64,000 nt of DNA from Pseudomonadota bacterium (GTDB lineage Bacteria; Pseudomonadota; Gammaproteobacteria; Ga0077536): assembly GCA_016719885.1 (NCBI GenBank), contig JADJYF010000001.1:414150-478149 (forward strand). The letters are read 5' to 3'. Below are positions 61,690 through 64,000 of the stretch, piece after piece (position 1 is the first letter of the stretch; the number at the start of each line of letters is the position of its first letter). Below the pieces are notes generated by a model that was given only the letters and a program-made list of their open reading frames with translations, had not been told where the DNA came from and ran no database searches. The position numbers and the translations under genes are program-made.

Positions 61690-64000
61690 AAATCACCCGT
61701 CGCCGCGGCGGCCAGGTCCTGTCATTCGTCACAGGCCTGATCGCAAGCGTCGGCGCGAGTGCGAACCCGCAAGGCGCGCAGGTGGTCAGCGGCTCGGCCG
61801 TGTTCGCCAACCCCACGCCCCAGACCCTCGAGATAACCAACTCTCCGGCGGCGGTCCTCAACTGGCAGTCGTTCGATATCGGCAAGGGCGAGACCACGCG
61901 CTTCATACAGCAGAATGCCGCCAGCGCGGTGTTGAATCGCGTCACCAGCGGCAACAGCTCGGAGATCCTCGGCAGCCTCGTTTCCAACGGTCACGTGTTC
62001 CTGATCAATCCGGCCGGCATCCTGATCGGCCGCGATGGCTCGGTCGATACCGCCGGCGTGGTGCTGTCGACCTTGCAGATCACGGACCAGGATTTCCTCG
62101 CCGGACGGTTCAAGTTCGAAGGAGACTCGGCCAGCGGCACGGTCACCAACCACGGCTACATCAAGACCGCGCCCGGTGGCGAGGTGGTATTGATAGCGCC
62201 GCGCATCGAGAACGTTCCCGAAGCGGGGCGCTCCAGGAGCGGCCTCATCGAAAGCCCCAACGGTGACCTGATCCTGGCCGCCGGCACGGCCATCACCATC
62301 GCCAGCCTGGACGACCCGGACATCACCTTCGACGTGCGCGCGCCGGACAACGAAGTCGTCAACCTCGGCAAGCTGCTCGCGAGCGGCGGTACCGCCAGCA
62401 TCCTGGCCGGCACCATTCGTCATTCCGGCGAAATCAACGCCGACACCGCCAGCGCCGATGGCACGGGCCGCATATCGCTGAAGGCCTCGAATCGCATCGC
62501 GCTGGCCGAGGGCAGCCTGGTGCGCGCCTCGGGTGGCAAGGGCGAAGACGGCGGCGACATCAGCATCGATGCGCGCAACCAGGACAAGAACGCGACCATC
62601 GATGCCCTGGGCGCGGTGCGCGCCGACGGCGAGAACGGCGGCACGGTGATCGTGCGCGGCAACAATCTGCTGGTCGACGGCATCGTCTCGGCGCGTGGCG
62701 GCGAGGTGGGCGGCAAGATCAATATCCGCTCGACCGAGGCCACCATCGCCACGGTCAACGCCACGCTGCAGACCTACACCATCGAAGGTAAGGGCGGGCG
62801 CATCGCCGTCGACGGCGGCAAGAGCACCTTCGTCTCGGGCAGCCTGCGCGCCAGCGGCGAGCGCGGTGGCAGTGTCGCGGTGCTCGGTGACGAAGTGACC
62901 CTGGCGGCGGCGCGGATGCGCGCCGACGGTGACTCGGGCGGTGGTCGGGTGCGCGTCGGCGGTGGATTCCGCGGCGGTGAAGACCTGCATGCCGCCGAAC
63001 GCACAATCGTCAACGACACGACCACCATCAACGCCAGCGCGCGCGCCAATGGCGACGGCGGTGACGTGGTGGTGTGGGCTGACGGTACCACGCAGTTCGC
63101 CGGCAGCATCTCGGCGCGCGGCGGCGTGGACGGCGGCGATGGCGGTCGCGTTGAAGTGTCCGGCAAGAACGGCCTCGGCTTCTCCGGCGAGGTCGACGTC
63201 ACTGCCCGCAACGGCGCCGAAGGGACGCTGTTGCTCGACCCGAAGAACATCCGTTTCACGTCTGAGGAATTGCCGGCCGCCCCGACCAAGCTGCTCGACC
63301 CGCACCCCGGCACCGATAATTTCTTTGGCGATCGCGTCGATTACTTCGACGCTTTCGGCAACCGCGTTTCGTCCTTCAACGGCGTCAGTGATGCGACCAC
63401 CGTGGTGGTCTACGATCCTGATGACGACTTCGGCGGTACCAACGCCGGCGCGGTGTATGTCTACCGCCTGTCCGATGGCGCCCTGTTGAGTGAGCTGCAC
63501 GGTGTGAACAACACCTCGGCGAGCGACCAGGTCGGCAACGAATTCCTCAACGCGTTTGCCTTCAACGGCCGGCATTTGCTGCGCTCACGCCAGTGGGGCA
63601 ACGGCGCAGGAGCCTTGACCGTGTTCGACCCGGTCAATGGCACCAGCGGTGCGGTCGACGCCAGCACCAGCCTGGTCGGCGCCAATGCGGGGGACAACAT
63701 CGGCAGCAGCTCGCTGCAAGTGCTCGGCGCCAATTCGGTGGCGGTGCTGAGTCCCAATTTCAATTCCAGCGCCGGCGCGGTCACCATCGTGACCGCGGGC
63801 ACCCTGCGCGGTACGGTCTCCAGCGGCAACAGCCTGGTCGGCGCCAATCCCGGTGACTTGCTGGGCAATTCCATCACCCATCTCGGCGGCACGAACTGGG
63901 CGGTGTCCAGCGCCAACGCCGGGCTAGGCTCACTCACGGTGCTGCACGAGGGTGTACGCACCACCGGCGTCGTCAGCGCGAGCAACAGCGTGGTCGGCAG
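61674..64000 (+). CDS. Two-partner-secretion exoprotein (TpsA; filamentous-hemagglutinin-like), 5' part only; continues beyond the window
   Basis: N-terminal TPS domain: ...VFANPTPQTLEITNSPAAVLNWQSFDIGKGETTRF...SAVLNRVTSG...GSLVSNGHVFLINPAGILIG..., then Gly/Ala/Val-rich beta-helix repeats to the window end. This ORF is not in the supplied track because it has no stop in the window. Confidence 0.8.
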   Translation, partial: MHGSLKITRRRGGQVLSFVTGLIASVGASANPQGAQVVSGSAVFANPTPQTLEITNSPAAVLNWQSFDIGKGETTRFIQQNAASAVLNRVTSGNSSEILGSLVSNGHVFLINPAGILIGRDGSVDTAGVVLSTLQITDQDFLAGRFKFEGDSASGTVTNHGYIKTAPGGEVVLIAPRIENVPEAGRSRSGLIESPNGDLILAAGTAITIASLDDPDITFDVRAPDNEVVNLGKLLASGGTASILAGTIRHSGEINADTASADGTGRISLKASNRIALAEGSLVRASGGKGEDGGDISIDARNQDKNATIDALGAVRADGENGGTVIVRGNNLLVDGIVSARGGEVGGKINIRSTEATIATVNATLQTYTIEGKGGRIAVDGGKSTFVSGSLRASGERGGSVAVLGDEVTLAAARMRADGDSGGGRVRVGGGFRGGEDLHAAERTIVNDTTTINASARANGDGGDVVVWADGTTQFAGSISARGGVDGGDGGRVEVSGKNGLGFSGEVDVTARNGAEGTLLLDPKNIRFTSEELPAAPTKLLDPHPGTDNFFGDRVDYFDAFGNRVSSFNGVSDATTVVVYDPDDDFGGTNAGAVYVYRLSDGALLSELHGVNNTSASDQVGNEFLNAFAFNGRHLLRSRQWGNGAGALTVFDPVNGTSGAVDASTSLVGANAGDNIGSSSLQVLGANSVAVLSPNFNSSAGAVTIVTAGTLRGTVSSGNSLVGANPGDLLGNSITHLGGTNWAVSSANAGLGSLTVLHEGVRTTGVVSASNSVVG

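Noticed and set aside
61722-63985. Two long minus-strand ORFs (617 aa and 174 aa)
   Set aside because: They are antisense to the TpsA gene. The plus-strand frame has a textbook TPS domain and lacks a stop within the window, which is why it is missing from the ORF track.
1-64000. Mobile-element or prophage origin of the catabolic island
   Set aside because: No integrase, transposase, tRNA attachment site, phage structural genes or flanking direct repeats were found in the window, and GC content looks uniform. This makes a core-genome or anciently acquired locus more likely, although boundaries outside the window cannot be excluded.

Overview
This 64 kb window is high-GC (roughly two-thirds G+C by eye) chromosomal DNA of proteobacterial type, densely packed with metabolic genes. 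There are no rRNA or tRNA genes, no CRISPR array, and no transposase, integrase or phage genes. All calls rest on reading the six-frame translations for family-typical motifs. Most coordinates were derived by residue arithmetic from the supplied ORF track, but some positions (notably repeat and terminator boundaries and a few start codons) were counted directly off the sequence, and those may be off by one base.

From the left: a partial fkpA-like FKBP isomerase gene, then a minus-strand run of pyrC, bioA, a conserved hypothetical, a phosphorylase-like gene and a spore-photoproduct-lyase-like radical SAM enzyme. Next come an acyl-CoA ligase and a fused, roughly 1150-aa indolepyruvate:ferredoxin-oxidoreductase-family enzyme, an orphan protein I cannot place, and a D-2-hydroxyacid/GlcD-like FAD oxidase followed by an L-2-hydroxyglutarate oxidase. 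These are followed by a thiolase, a GST and tag.

An outer-membrane-type cluster sits at 16.6-25.1 kb: a BNR/Ycf48-like beta-propeller, DUF1302, a HEAT-repeat protein, a NUDIX hydrolase and DUF1329. A long lipid/steroid-like beta-oxidation island covers 26-51 kb. It contains many acyl-CoA dehydrogenases (one tail-to-head pair with a 4-bp overlap), three family-III CoA-transferases (one frameshifted), MaoC double-hotdog hydratases, SDRs of Hsd4A type, an enoyl-CoA hydratase, an APH-like kinase and SCP2-like proteins. A complete coenzyme F420 biosynthesis operon (cofE-cofD-cofC-fbiC) lies beside a luciferase-like oxidoreductase. The window ends in a two-partner secretion locus ordered tpsB, a FecR-domain protein, then tpsA (truncated by the window).

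The structures worth a second look are: the F420 operon in this genomic context; the FecR-domain gene inside the two-partner secretion operon; a mirrored duplicate of [SCP2-like + alpha/beta hydrolase] modules around a LysR regulator; two families of nested-palindrome intergenic repeats including one composite A-B-A copy; two adjacent genes frameshifted at (GC)n runs; a 16-nt poly-C tract; and an unrecognisable orphan ORF at 10.25-11.2 kb.
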